Assembly (NCBI GenBank): GCA_048938105.1
Contig: JBHLMN010000005.1
Coordinates: 209,564 to 273,563, forward strand
DNA from: Promethearchaeota archaeon
GTDB lineage: Archaea > Asgardarchaeota > Heimdallarchaeia > Hodarchaeales > Hodarchaeaceae
DNA: 64,000 nucleotides
Direction of reading: 5' to 3'
Shown here: in pieces, positions 41,250 to 51,583 of the stretch
Layout: every line of letters begins with the position of its first letter
How positions within the stretch are numbered: position 1 is the first letter of the stretch
Program-made: the position numbers and the translations under genes
The notes under the pieces: generated by a model
Database searches by the model: none
Seen by the model: only the letters and a program-made list of their open reading frames with translations
What the model was told of the DNA's origin: nothing

Positions 41250-42815
41250 ATGAGAAAGATTAATCTCCTATCAGGAACTATCATAACAATTTTATTTCTG
41301 CTTTTTGGATCAAGGATTGGTTTAACAACTGCTTCTGATTATCCCTGGATAATTTTTTCAACATACATTGGTGGTAATGGTGCAGATGGTACTGGTAGCA
41401 TAGCTTTTGATTCTGATGGCAATATTGTGATTACTACTTTTGTAGATTCAACAAATTTTCCTGTTAATAATGCATATCAACCTATTTCTGCTGGTGGAGT
41501 TGATATTGTTGTTTTCAAGTTGAGTTCAGATGGACAAGAATTAATCTTTTCTACTTATTTTGGAGGTTCGAATGATGATTATTCCTATAGTATTGCTCTT
41601 GATTCAAATGATAACATAATCATCACTGGATCTACCTCCTCTACCGATTTCCCAATAACTCAAAATGCTTTTCAACCCAAGAAAAGTTCAAACACTTATG
41701 ATGTTTTCATAGTACAACTCAGTGCTGATGGACAATCACTTCTCTATTCTTCCTTTATTGGAGGGGGGAATGATAAGTTCATTGCCACTGAGCTACTCTT
41801 GGATTCATCAGAAAATCGTATTATTGCAGGTAGCACCTCATCATCTGATTTTCCTATCAATAAGGCTTATCAAGAAGTGAAAGGGACATTCTCAGATGCT
41901 TTTATCACCAAGTTAAGCGCTGATGGACAAACATTACTCTATTCAACCTATTTTGGGGGTAATGGTTCTGAACAAATCAGACATCTAGCTCTGGATTCTT
42001 CTAATAATATTATATTCTGTGGATTCACTTCTTCTACTGATTTTCCAACTTTAAACGCCATCCAAGCAACCAAAAGCTTAGATGAATACGACACCTTTAT
42101 TGCAAAACTAAGCAGCGATGGGCAAACACTACTTTTTTCCACATTATTTGGAGGTTGTCGAGAATATGCTTTGAATAATCTTATTTTGGATAAATACAAT
42201 AATATACTAGTTGTTGGAGAGACATCGTCGATTGACTTTCCTATTACGGATGCTTACCAGCAGGAATACGGAGGAGGATCGAGTGATGCGTTTCTCTCAA
42301 AATTGACTGAAGATGGACAAGAATTGATATTCTCGACTTATATTGGAGGAAGGGGAAGTGATAACGCCTTTTCAGTTGTGGTGGATGACAACGAAAATAT
42401 TGTACTTTCAGGAAGTACATCTTCTTCGGATTTCCCTCTCGTTAACCATTACCAAGAGAATGATCACGGTTGGGACGTTTTCATAACAAAATTCAATTCA
42501 GACGGGAGTCAAATGTTTTTTTCAACTTATCTAGCTGGAAATGGAGCTGACTTTTGTGAGGAAATTGCTATCAATAATACAGACGATACCCTCATTGTCT
42601 CGGGTCATACATCCTCTTGGAATTTTCCTACAAAAAATGCTTATCAAAGTAGTTATGCTGGGGGAGAATTTGACAGTTTCATTTGTAAATTAGCCATGAA
42701 TGTTTCTACTATTACATCAGAAGATGATGGAGGTTCAGTACCAAGCTTCCAGATAATAGCTGTGATAGTATCAGTGACAATATTAGTAGTGAGACGAAAA
42801 AAGGGATTTATGTAA
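41250..42815 (+). CDS. SBBP beta-propeller repeat surface protein with CTERM-like anchor
   Basis: Repeats STYxGG..D...ALDS..IITGSTSSxDFP; ends VPSF-TM-RRKK. Confidence 0.9.
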   Translation: MRKINLLSGTIITILFLLFGSRIGLTTASDYPWIIFSTYIGGNGADGTGSIAFDSDGNIVITTFVDSTNFPVNNAYQPISAGGVDIVVFKLSSDGQELIFSTYFGGSNDDYSYSIALDSNDNIIITGSTSSTDFPITQNAFQPKKSSNTYDVFIVQLSADGQSLLYSSFIGGGNDKFIATELLLDSSENRIIAGSTSSSDFPINKAYQEVKGTFSDAFITKLSADGQTLLYSTYFGGNGSEQIRHLALDSSNNIIFCGFTSSTDFPTLNAIQATKSLDEYDTFIAKLSSDGQTLLFSTLFGGCREYALNNLILDKYNNILVVGETSSIDFPITDAYQQEYGGGSSDAFLSKLTEDGQELIFSTYIGGRGSDNAFSVVVDDNENIVLSGSTSSSDFPLVNHYQENDHGWDVFITKFNSDGSQMFFSTYLAGNGADFCEEIAINNTDDTLIVSGHTSSWNFPTKNAYQSSYAGGEFDSFICKLAMNVSTITSEDDGGSVPSFQIIAVIVSVTILVVRRKKGFM

Positions 42816-42828
42816 TCATTTGTAACAT

Positions 42829-42853
42829 TGGTCATCAAAGGCTGGATTAATAC
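42829..42853 (+). repeat. Intergenic cassette-boundary site
   Basis: TGGTCATCAAA-GGCTGGA-TTAATAC. Confidence 0.9.
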
Positions 42854-42898
42854 TAATATTTTTTACTTAAAAAAGAGAACTTAAGAAGACTGATTTTG

Positions 42899-44038
42899 TT
42901 ATATCAGAAGATTTTCCCACCAATAGATAAATCCATTGATATAATCACTAGCCACGACATCCATGTCTCCATCATTATCCATATCTCCAGTTTTACACAT
43001 AGTTCCTGCGTAACTCTCGTGTATGATGTGTCGTACAAAATTGTGCTTCTCTTTATGTTGCCACCAGTACAACTCTTTTGACTCAAACGACATTCCAATA
43101 ATATCTACAAGTCCATTATTATTTAGGTCTGAGCAGTGCACATATCCAGGATCAAGAGTTTGATTATCGATATTATTTTTTGAAAAATTACCACTACCAT
43201 TATTTTCGAACCAATTAACTTCATTATTATCAGATGCACACGTAATTATATCCACATCGGTATCATTATCAAAATCACAGGCATAAATTCCGTGACCTCC
43301 CAAATAACCTGATTCAATATTATGCTGTAAAAAATTGACGGTACCTTGATTTTCTAACCAAAATACATAACCTTTAACAGATATTAATGCTATATCAACA
43401 TCTTTATCATTATCGAGGTCTGCAGAACACAAATATCTAACCATATTCGGATTATCAGTTAATGTGTGTCTAGTAAAACTAAAATTGCCATAATTGATCC
43501 ATAAGGTAGTAATACTCGTTCTTCGTGAGCCAACTATGTCAATAAGATTATCATTGTTTACATCGACAGGAATGATAAAATAACAATCAAGTAAGGAGTG
43601 ATTAAGTGGAAATCGTTTAAAATAGTTACTACCAAGGTTTTCATAATAAAAAATGCCTTCTACTCCAGACGAGGCAATGATATCAAGATCACCATCATTA
43701 TCCAGATCAGTTCCGTGAGCGCAAGCACCTTCTCTAAAATCATCATCGATAACATGTTCTTGAAAACTGTTATTCCCTCTATTCTCATACCAAACAACTT
43801 TGTTCCCATGAAAGATTGTTGCTAAAATATCGTAATCGGAATCCTGGTCTAAATCTATTGCTGATACATAGAGAGGACCCTCTAATCCACTTTGTATGAT
43901 ATGTTCTTCAAACTCGAGAATAATTTCGGATTCATTCATTTGAGTCATTAGAAAGAGAGCCACAACAAAAAAAGTCAATAATAAAGATAATAACACAATG
44001 AGGAAAAAAAATACATTTCTTTTCATTGTTTTTACCAT
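42899..44038 (-). CDS. FG-GAP/VCBS repeat protein
   Basis: Seven DxDxDGDxDI..W.EN.G repeats after an N-terminal TM. Confidence 0.9.
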   Translation of the reverse strand: MVKTMKRNVFFFLIVLLSLLLTFFVVALFLMTQMNESEIILEFEEHIIQSGLEGPLYVSAIDLDQDSDYDILATIFHGNKVVWYENRGNNSFQEHVIDDDFREGACAHGTDLDNDGDLDIIASSGVEGIFYYENLGSNYFKRFPLNHSLLDCYFIIPVDVNNDNLIDIVGSRRTSITTLWINYGNFSFTRHTLTDNPNMVRYLCSADLDNDKDVDIALISVKGYVFWLENQGTVNFLQHNIESGYLGGHGIYACDFDNDTDVDIITCASDNNEVNWFENNGSGNFSKNNIDNQTLDPGYVHCSDLNNNGLVDIIGMSFESKELYWWQHKEKHNFVRHIIHESYAGTMCKTGDMDNDGDMDVVASDYINGFIYWWENLLI

Positions 44039-44551
44039 GTTCTAGTAATTATTTTCGAATACATAACAAGTGAGACTGATCTTAAAGTACAGCAAGAGGC
44101 CAACAATAGAAGTTAAAAAAAGATATAGAATACTGCAATTAAGACTCAGGTAGAAGCCATATCTACAAGGAAAAGGATTTCTAGGAATTGGGAGAAGGCT
44201 AATTGAAAGCGTCTAAAGTTGAAATTCTTTAAATTGCTTTTTAAAATCTGATAAATGAAGATCCTTCTTATAAATCCATAGTTCTGGCGTTATTACAATC
44301 GCAAATAGGTTAAATCTAGGAAAAATAGTCGTGGATGAGATAGTAGTTGATTTTGCTGAAGGAATAGTAGTCATTTCTATCGAAGAAATCTGATTGATAG
44401 TTTAATGGAAGGGAGATTGGCGATTAGCCATATATGTTATTTTCTAGACCAAAGAACACTAGACCGAATGAATTGAAAGGTGTTTTTTTAGAATATTTTG
44501 TTTTGCCAAATTCTCATTGAGAGAGAATGGTTACTAACACATAAACAATGA

Positions 44552-45223
44552 TTGATTTTACGCGATATATCCTTAAGGATGATTTCAGGAAATAAATTTC
44601 TGGAGATAAAAACAGAAAAGCTTTCAGGAATAAAAATGATAACAATTCCTACTCTCATGACAACCCGTTTGATTATTAGGCCTTTAAATGAGAAAGATAT
44701 AGATTTTCTTTTCAATCATTATAATCAAGAAGAAATTTTACGCTATACATTAATCTCCTTTAATTCTATTGATGAGGTTAAAACATTTTTAGATCAATAC
44801 GCAAAAAGAGATATGAGGAAATTCAAAGAGGGAATTGAATTAAGATCAACCCACCAACTTATTGGAACAGTGACTTTCTTGAATTGGAGTAAGAATGATC
44901 GTTGTGCTGAGGTTGGTTATGACCTATCAAAAGAATACTGGGGAAAAGGTCTCATGCTTGAAGCACTCGAAGTTTTCATCAAATTTGGTTTTGAAGTTAT
45001 GAATCTAAATCGAATTGAAGCCACTTCGAATGTTAGAAATGAAAGATCAAGAAAAGTACTGACTCGATTAGGTTTTGTGCAAGAAGGGATCCTACGCCAA
45101 AAATATCGTTTCAGGGGAAAATTTTCTGATGAAATGATCTTTTCCATATTGAGAGAAGAATGGAAGACGAGAGGTAATCAAGGAATTCAGGATTTTCAAT
45201 TTCACAAAGAAAAAAAGGATTAA
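44552..45223 (+). CDS. RimJ/RimL-type GNAT acetyltransferase (probable start 44636)
   Basis: TTRLIIRP, AEVGYDL, YWGKGLM, NERSRKVLTRLGF.EG. Confidence 0.9.
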   Translation: MILRDISLRMISGNKFLEIKTEKLSGIKMITIPTLMTTRLIIRPLNEKDIDFLFNHYNQEEILRYTLISFNSIDEVKTFLDQYAKRDMRKFKEGIELRSTHQLIGTVTFLNWSKNDRCAEVGYDLSKEYWGKGLMLEALEVFIKFGFEVMNLNRIEATSNVRNERSRKVLTRLGFVQEGILRQKYRFRGKFSDEMIFSILREEWKTRGNQGIQDFQFHKEKKD

Positions 45224-45332
45224 AAAGAAAATTTTACGAATTCATCACAATCTGTCATCAACAAGCCTTCTTGAAATCTAAGCTATAATACAAAGATTCA
45301 AGTGGCTTCAGGTTGAGTCAAAATAGAGGCTT

Positions 45333-45998
45333 TTGAAGGAGTTTCATGTGCAGGAAAAATTACAAAACGAAATTAAGCTCACGTATGATAATGTGGCAAA
45401 TGAGTATGGAGAATACGCAGAACACGCATTAGCTAAGAAATCTCTGGATAGGAAAATACTCGAACTTTTTGCAGAGAGAGTTGGAAGTTCTGAAACAGTC
45501 TATGATATTGGGTGTGGTCCTGGCACCGTGACTCGCTATTTGAAAGGTCTTGGGGTAAGTATCGTTGGAATCGATATTTCTACGAAAATGGTTGAGATAG
45601 CCCGAAAACTGAATCCTAAGATTCACTTTGAGCAAGGAGATGTTTTCAACCTTAAACTTGGGGAGAACACTCTTGGAGGTATTATTGCTTTTTACTTGAT
45701 AATTAACTTTCCACGAGCGGACATTCCAAAGGTTTCCGAAGAGATGTTTCGAGTTCTTCGTCAAGGCGGAACCTTATTGTTAACCTTTCATGTTGGAGAG
45801 AAAACCATACCTGTTGAGGAATATCTAGGGAAAAAAGTAACAATGAATTTTACACTATTTCAACCAGAAGAAATCAAGGCTATTCTCCAGAGATGTGGGT
45901 TTCAGATCGGTGAAATTGTCGTCAGAACACCATACACGGATGTGGAAAGGGATTTACCCAAAGCATACATTTTTGCACGGAAACCAAGTTGGGAATAG
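45333..45998 (+). CDS. Class I SAM-dependent methyltransferase
   Basis: VYDIGCGPG, GIDIS, RVLRQGG. Confidence 0.9.
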   Translation: MKEFHVQEKLQNEIKLTYDNVANEYGEYAEHALAKKSLDRKILELFAERVGSSETVYDIGCGPGTVTRYLKGLGVSIVGIDISTKMVEIARKLNPKIHFEQGDVFNLKLGENTLGGIIAFYLIINFPRADIPKVSEEMFRVLRQGGTLLLTFHVGEKTIPVEEYLGKKVTMNFTLFQPEEIKAILQRCGFQIGEIVVRTPYTDVERDLPKAYIFARKPSWE

Positions 45999-46128
45999 GA
46001 GGAAGAGACGTCACAATTCCCATAAGTATGAAGAAAGCTAGTATTTCTAAATTAGTAACGCATGATCAAGATTTTAAGAAGAATAAAGGATAGAATGGAA
46101 GAAGAATAAATATAGAAGGGGCCTAGAC

Positions 46129-46962
46129 ATGCAATTTAAGTATGAAATGAAACCCTCACTTGGAGATATCAGTCCTTCTTATTACTTTGTCTTTCGTAAG
46201 AATGATTTGCTGGTTTTCTTTGAGAAAAGTGGAGCTAATATCCCATTTATATCGGATATTACTGAAATTAATCTAGACATCAACCGAAAACAATATTTTG
46301 GATTACTAGATAACTATCCTTGTTATTTTGGAGAGGTTTCAACTGACATAGAACCACCTAAAGGCATGGTGTTTCTTGGATTACGTAGTTTATATGAAAT
46401 ATTAGAAGAAGAGCTCCTCTGGATAGCTGGTCGTGCGTTTCAACTTCTAAACTGGGATAGAACCACTCAATATTGTGGTTCTTGCGGAGTTCGAACAGAA
46501 GTCAATTCTGAAGAAAATGCAAAAATCTGTCCTAGCTGTGGTCTTCTTAATTTTCCTAGAATTAGTCCAGCTATAATAGTGGGGGTCATAAACCAAAAAA
46601 CAAACCAAATTCTTCTAGCCAATGGTACACGTTTCCCCTCTAACTTTTATAGTGTTCTTGCAGGATTCGTGGAACCAGGGGAGAACCTCGAGGAGTGCGT
46701 AAGGAGGGAAGTCAAAGAAGAAGTTGGCTTAGAGGTAGAAAACATCACTTATTTTGGAAGTCAGTCGTGGCCGTTTCCTGATTCTCTTATGATCGGTTTC
46801 TTAGCAGATTATACTAGAGGGGAAATCTCTGTTGATGAAGCTGAAATTAATGACGCAAATTGGTTTACAAAAGACAATCTCCCTCCTATTCCAAGTAAAA
46901 TCAGTATTGCACGAAAAATCATTGATTGGTTCGTATTAAATCCTCTCTTGGACGTGGATTGA
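46129..46962 (+). CDS. nudC: NADH pyrophosphatase
   Basis: Zn ribbon CGSCG..CPSCG, Nudix box GFVEPGENLEECVRREVKEEVG, SQSWPFP. Confidence 0.95.
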   Translation: MQFKYEMKPSLGDISPSYYFVFRKNDLLVFFEKSGANIPFISDITEINLDINRKQYFGLLDNYPCYFGEVSTDIEPPKGMVFLGLRSLYEILEEELLWIAGRAFQLLNWDRTTQYCGSCGVRTEVNSEENAKICPSCGLLNFPRISPAIIVGVINQKTNQILLANGTRFPSNFYSVLAGFVEPGENLEECVRREVKEEVGLEVENITYFGSQSWPFPDSLMIGFLADYTRGEISVDEAEINDANWFTKDNLPPIPSKISIARKIIDWFVLNPLLDVD

Positions 46963-47152
46963 TAATCGTAGACAGCCCTATGGCTACCAATGCAGGTCCG
47001 AAGCTTCCTAGAAAAATAAATGGTATCAGAGCATCGTGACTGTCAAATACAAGCCGCTGAATAGGTGTCCAAAGTGCCCACGAGAATGCATAGGTTAGGA
47101 CAAAGTAAGCTATCAATTGATGACGTTTGATGAACTCAATCAGATTGTTCAT
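46919..47152 (-). pseudogene. Truncated N-terminus of a CPBP (CAAX protease/Abi) membrane protein
   Basis: FIKRHQLIAYFVLTYAFSW...GSFGPALVAI; catalytic part absent; runs into the nudC end. Confidence 0.65.
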
Positions 47153-47217
47153 TATTTTCCAACCTGGATTTCGTTGTAAAACCTAATAATTCTATTATTG
47201 GAAAAAAAGAGAAGGTA

Positions 47218-47964
47218 TCATAACTGAACTACAATTGTTTCAGCTAAAATGTCCATACCTCTCTGTTTTCGGGTCTTTTTTGGGTCTTGTTTTTCCAAGA
47301 TCATGCCAAGAACAACATCTAAAAGTAAAAGGTGGAAGATTTTGCTTAGATTTCGGATTACAGCTTGAGTCCAAGTGATCCGAATTCCTGATTGGTCAAC
47401 AACCATTAATCCCAGCCATTTTTTACCTATCGTCCGGGAAAAAACACGCTCTAATACAATCTCATAGCCAATTAAAACTACAAGACATGAACTGATAAGG
47501 AACAGATACAGAATCAACACAATAATCCCTTGAGTCAGTGTAAGACCTTCTCCAATTACCCATTCTGACCAACCCTCCTCCCTGGTCCAAAACCAGTCAG
47601 GTGAATCCCCTGAGCTATTAAACCATCGTAAAACGGCTTCATCTGGAAATAAAATTAAGAAGATTAAGAAAAAACTTATTATTGCTATTACAATAAATGC
47701 AACCTGAATCATGACGTCTATTATTAAAGCAAGGGTACGGATCTTCCAACTAGCACGTTGAGTCCCCCAATCATGGCCCTGACTCAAATTCTTAGCTACA
47801 TCACGTGGGGATCCAAAAGCAGCGTAAGGATCAGTTTCATTAGAATCCTTCATAGCTAACTGAGCATCTATTCGGAATTCTTCCAAAATTCCTTCCTTTT
47901 TGTCTTTGGGATAAGGTAATAATCTATCTAATTGTTCTATGTAGTGATCTACAGTATTTTTCAT
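47218..47964 (-). CDS. RDD family membrane protein with HAAS-like N-terminus
   Basis: YIEQL..FGSPRDVA; RASWKIRTLALIID; TIGKKWLGLMVV; QRGMDILAETIVV. Confidence 0.85.
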   Translation of the reverse strand: MKNTVDHYIEQLDRLLPYPKDKKEGILEEFRIDAQLAMKDSNETDPYAAFGSPRDVAKNLSQGHDWGTQRASWKIRTLALIIDVMIQVAFIVIAIISFFLIFLILFPDEAVLRWFNSSGDSPDWFWTREEGWSEWVIGEGLTLTQGIIVLILYLFLISSCLVVLIGYEIVLERVFSRTIGKKWLGLMVVDQSGIRITWTQAVIRNLSKIFHLLLLDVVLGMILEKQDPKKTRKQRGMDILAETIVVQL

Positions 47965-47973
47965 TATTTTTCA

Positions 47974-48348
47974 CTATAATGCATCAATATGTCGTTGAAT
48001 GATATTACTAAATTCTTCAAGAGATTTGCTGAGAGAATTCAGGAGTTGTTCTCCTTTCGGAGTTAAAGAGTAAACGGTTCTTAGTTGCGGTTTTCGGTCG
48101 AGAGATGGCTGTTTCGTTGGTTTCGGTTCTTTTTTGCCTTCGATTAGCTCTTCATCCTGAAGATTCTTAAGGATAGGATAAATACTAGTCACAGTAATAG
48201 ATATTTGGCCGTTAGTGTTTACATTGATTTCTTTGGTCAGACTATAGGCATAATTTGGTTTTTTTGCGAGTGTTAATAGAATAAATGGTTTAGCAAAGCC
48301 TTTTTTGAACTCTATTTCCCATTTTTGGAGGATTTCTGATTGAACCAT
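47974..48348 (-). CDS. PadR family regulator
   Basis: SIYPILKNLQDEELI, RTVYSLTPKG. Confidence 0.9.
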   Translation of the reverse strand: MVQSEILQKWEIEFKKGFAKPFILLTLAKKPNYAYSLTKEINVNTNGQISITVTSIYPILKNLQDEELIEGKKEPKPTKQPSLDRKPQLRTVYSLTPKGEQLLNSLSKSLEEFSNIIQRHIDAL

Positions 48349-48367
48349 TTAATTCAACCCAAATTTC

Positions 48368-48394
48368 AACTATATATTCACTCTATATATAGTT
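48368..48394. promoter_or_regulatory. Inverted repeat AACTATATAT-N7-ATATATAGTT upstream of padR
   Basis: Seen directly, 20 bp from the start codon. Confidence 0.6.
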
Positions 48395-48597
48395 AACTAT
48401 TATGGCACTCTAAATAGTGTACTCTTTGATTATTTGATATTTGATAAGATCGGACTACCTCCCAGAATACAGGAGCTTTTAACAGTAATTGGAAAAAAAT
48501 CTTCAAAATTTGGATAAAAATACTTTACTTCTCCCCTACTCATTAGGAAGGAACTAAAGCCTCACCCAAGGGAAAGAATTCTAAACTAATATCTTAA

Positions 48598-48622
48598 ATA
48601 CCGTCAAAGGATGGATTAACAC
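48598..48622 (+). repeat. Intergenic cassette-boundary site
   Basis: ATACCGTCAAA-GGATGGA-TTAACAC. Confidence 0.9.
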
Positions 48623-48654
48623 CACATTTATAGAAAACCAGTTTCTTCTTTACA

Positions 48655-49779
48655 CTAATGCTTTTTATTCTGATTTTCTTTAATTTGAGTAAGAATCTTT
48701 TTCCACTGAACTAAGTGATGAATAGGTTCAAACTCAACACATTGTTCTGTATGATTTATATTTTCCCACCCAAGATCAGCTGCCTCTTTAAGCCACCTTA
48801 TTGCGGCGTCAATATTCCCCAATGTTGAGTGCGCGCGAGCAGCAAGATAGTAAAACCATACTGGTACCTTTCCCTTGCTAAATGCTTCCTCAAACAGCTT
48901 GATACTTCCTATGAAGTCCTTCTTCCAGAAGAGTCTCATTCCCAGCTCAGCAAGATGTTCCGCTTCATCAAACATACAGGAATACATGATATAGTCTGTT
49001 TTTTTGGCAAATCCCACCTTTTGCGCCACTCCAAGTGACCCATAGTTATGATCTTCACAATGCCATTCGACAGTATGAAAACCAGCTTTGAAACTGAATT
49101 CAACCGCTGCAGCTGCTGTGATCGAAGCAAACCCCTGTCTTCGATATTTTTTGCTGGTAAAGATACCAATCTCACATCGATCCCCAGAAGCACAGACTGC
49201 ATTACTCCATGTAATGATTCTGTCTTTATATAACATACAAGCGCCAAAACCACGCTTAATCATTGATTCTAGACCAACTCCTACCCACGCGTTCACATCG
49301 TCCTCTAATTCATATTTTTCTAACTCTAAAGTTTGATTTATTTGTTTTATTTCATATTTCTCGGGTATTTTTGCCTTCCAATCGAATTGTTGATCTCTTC
49401 TAGTAATAGTGTAATAGTTACGTCTAATTTCGAATGGTTTTCTGGTAGGAAATAGTGTAACAAATTTTGGTTTCCAATCTTCTGTTGTATAAAAGAAAAA
49501 ATTCTCGCACCCTTCGTAAAAGGGAAAATATTTAATGTCTATAAACTTTAAGATTAAATCACGTAAATCATTATTGAAAACTTCATTATTTGGATCACCT
49601 GCAAGAAAATAATCCTCAGTTGAAAGCATTAGTGCACTTTTGGGAGAAATGAGATCATCAACCCATATTCTGCCATCTGAATCACCTTCTATCAATGAAT
49701 ATATTATTCCCTGATAGCTAAATGGGGTGAAAATCTTTTTAATTTTCTTAAAATCTGGTTTTGGTAATTCTTCTATCAT
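48655..49779 (-). CDS. GNAT acetyltransferase with C-terminal TPR-like domain
   Basis: EIGIFTSKKYRRQGFA, NYGSLGVAQKVGF; YYLAARAHSTLGNIDAAIRWL. Confidence 0.85.
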   Translation of the reverse strand: MIEELPKPDFKKIKKIFTPFSYQGIIYSLIEGDSDGRIWVDDLISPKSALMLSTEDYFLAGDPNNEVFNNDLRDLILKFIDIKYFPFYEGCENFFFYTTEDWKPKFVTLFPTRKPFEIRRNYYTITRRDQQFDWKAKIPEKYEIKQINQTLELEKYELEDDVNAWVGVGLESMIKRGFGACMLYKDRIITWSNAVCASGDRCEIGIFTSKKYRRQGFASITAAAAVEFSFKAGFHTVEWHCEDHNYGSLGVAQKVGFAKKTDYIMYSCMFDEAEHLAELGMRLFWKKDFIGSIKLFEEAFSKGKVPVWFYYLAARAHSTLGNIDAAIRWLKEAADLGWENINHTEQCVEFEPIHHLVQWKKILTQIKENQNKKH

Positions 49780-49933
49780 AATAATTACCCTACAATTTAT
49801 AGAGGAATTTTGAAAACCTGATATTAAAAAGAAGAGAAAAAAGCCTCATAATAAATGTATGGGTGAGCCTTTAACTTGGTGGGCATATGGTACAACCAGG
49901 GAAATCGTTGCTTAAACGATAGTTGAAGCGGAA

Positions 49934-50173
49934 ATGAAAGATACACTTGCAATCCTGATGTCTCAGAAGTCAATTTATCGTCTTCATATCAATAGCACAG
50001 ACCACGGATTTGATAACTGGTGGACCATAGATGATCTCTTTTTTGGAAACATTGATCCATCATCCATACTCGAAATAAGTAGCAAAATCCCCCAAAAAAC
50101 CGAAATTCCAATAGTAGTGTTATTGGTTGCTATAATCCTTCTTGGGATGAAAAGACCAACTAGTAAAATCTGA
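49934..50173 (+). pseudogene. Probable 3' remnant of a surface protein (TM + basic tail)
   Basis: WTIDDLFFG...IPIVVLLVAIILLGMKR; ends 38 bp before a boundary site. Confidence 0.4.
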
Positions 50174-50210
50174 TCATTTACACAGTAAATACCTAGAACG
50201 TAATTGTCTG

Positions 50211-50303
50211 ACTTTGTAAAAGTATGGATTAGCTAATTTATTTGTGTGCATTCTTGTTAAAATACATTCGAAACTTAATCGTCTTAAAAGGCTGGAAAGG
50301 GGG
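50211..50303 (+). repeat. Two adjacent cassette-boundary sites (50211-50235, 50279-50303)
   Basis: ACTTTGTAAAA-GTATGGA-TTAGCTA and TCGTCTTAAAA-GGCTGGA-AAGGGGG. Confidence 0.65.
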
Positions 50304-50353
50304 AATTTTTTAGCAAGGTGACGTTTAACAAGTACCTAAGAGTTTATAAATAA

Positions 50354-50704
50354 GTGACGCATTCTTATCCATTGGACTCATGTGTGAACAGGATGGTAAG
50401 CCAAAACAAATTGATTCTAAAGAATGTGATAATGGACAAACTTCTAAAACATATATCAAAAATTAAAGAGTTTGGGGTTGAAAAAATTGGAGTGTTTGGT
50501 TCATTGCTTACAGGAGAAACAACTGGGGATATAGATATACTTATTTCATTTAAAAAAGATGAAGAATCATTTGAAAAGCTGGTGGACTTATATTATTTTC
50601 TCGAAGACTTACTAAACGCGCAAATCGATCTCGTTACCACAAATGCTCTTAGTCCTTACATTGCTCCCTATATTCTTCGGGAAGTGGAATATATTGAAGC
50701 ATGA
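50354..50704 (+). CDS. Minimal nucleotidyltransferase (MNT) antitoxin; true start probably downstream
   Basis: GVFGS...DIDIL, LEDLL..IDLVT..ALSPYI. Confidence 0.85.
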   Translation: MTHSYPLDSCVNRMVSQNKLILKNVIMDKLLKHISKIKEFGVEKIGVFGSLLTGETTGDIDILISFKKDEESFEKLVDLYYFLEDLLNAQIDLVTTNALSPYIAPYILREVEYIEA

Positions 50705-51026
50705 GATTGAATATCTAAGGCATATTAGAGACGAGTGCGAATTTATTTTAACCAAATCAGAAGGATTAACACGAGAACTATTTGACCAAGATGAAACACT
50801 TAAGAGAGCTTTTGTGAGGAGTATAGAGATAATAGGAGAGGCAACCAAAAATATTTCAAATGAATTTCGCCTTAAATACTCAGATATCGATTGGAAAAGG
50901 ATTGCTGGGATGCGTGATGTGTTAATTCACAGTTATTTTGGAGTGGATTACGCAATTGTCTGGGATGTCGTAAAAAACCATATTCCTTCTCTTCATAGTC
51001 GCATTAAAAAGATTCTAGATGAATAA
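50694..51026 (+). CDS. HEPN (DUF86) RNase toxin
   Basis: YLRHI, IEIIGEA, W..IAGMRDVLIHSYFGVD (RX4HXY); TTG start overlaps the MNT end. Confidence 0.9.
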   Translation: MKHEIEYLRHIRDECEFILTKSEGLTRELFDQDETLKRAFVRSIEIIGEATKNISNEFRLKYSDIDWKRIAGMRDVLIHSYFGVDYAIVWDVVKNHIPSLHSRIKKILDE

Positions 51027-51087
51027 CATCAATTCACCGAAATCATCAATCACTCAGGTAAATTACTATTAGGATTTTTTACAGCTT

Positions 51088-51112
51088 GTATCGCAAAAGG
51101 CTGGATTATCCC
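51088..51112 (+). repeat. Intergenic cassette-boundary site
   Basis: GTATCGCAAAA-GGCTGGA-TTATCCC. Confidence 0.9.
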
Positions 51113-51583
51113 CAAGAATTCCGAATAAAATCTTTCTAACAGGTATGCTCTAAGAACGATAAAACTTAGTTCTAGCTGGGAATTTTTACTCTAATAATCT
51201 TCTACTACCTTTATTTGATAAGGTCAAAATCTGACTAAATACGAGGCCACTATAAATTAATTTATTTTCAGTTATATTACAATCATATATTGATTATGAA
51301 TTTTTAAAACTTTGATTTATTTCTTTTTTCTTCTGTTGTTTTTAAAATCAACCTTGCTAATTCTAGTATAATGAAATTCATTTTAATCATCTTAATGGCA
51401 ATATTTTTAAATCGATTGCTTATTTTGATAGTATTGGAAGAATTACTATTATTAAACTGCCATTGGCTTAAATTGTATCAATGTTTCATTTAGAGACATG
51501 GTTAGAAGTATTGAGCTATAGTTATAACACTATCAATGGTAGATTATCCACACAAAAAATAGTACCGAAATATAGGTGTTAAT

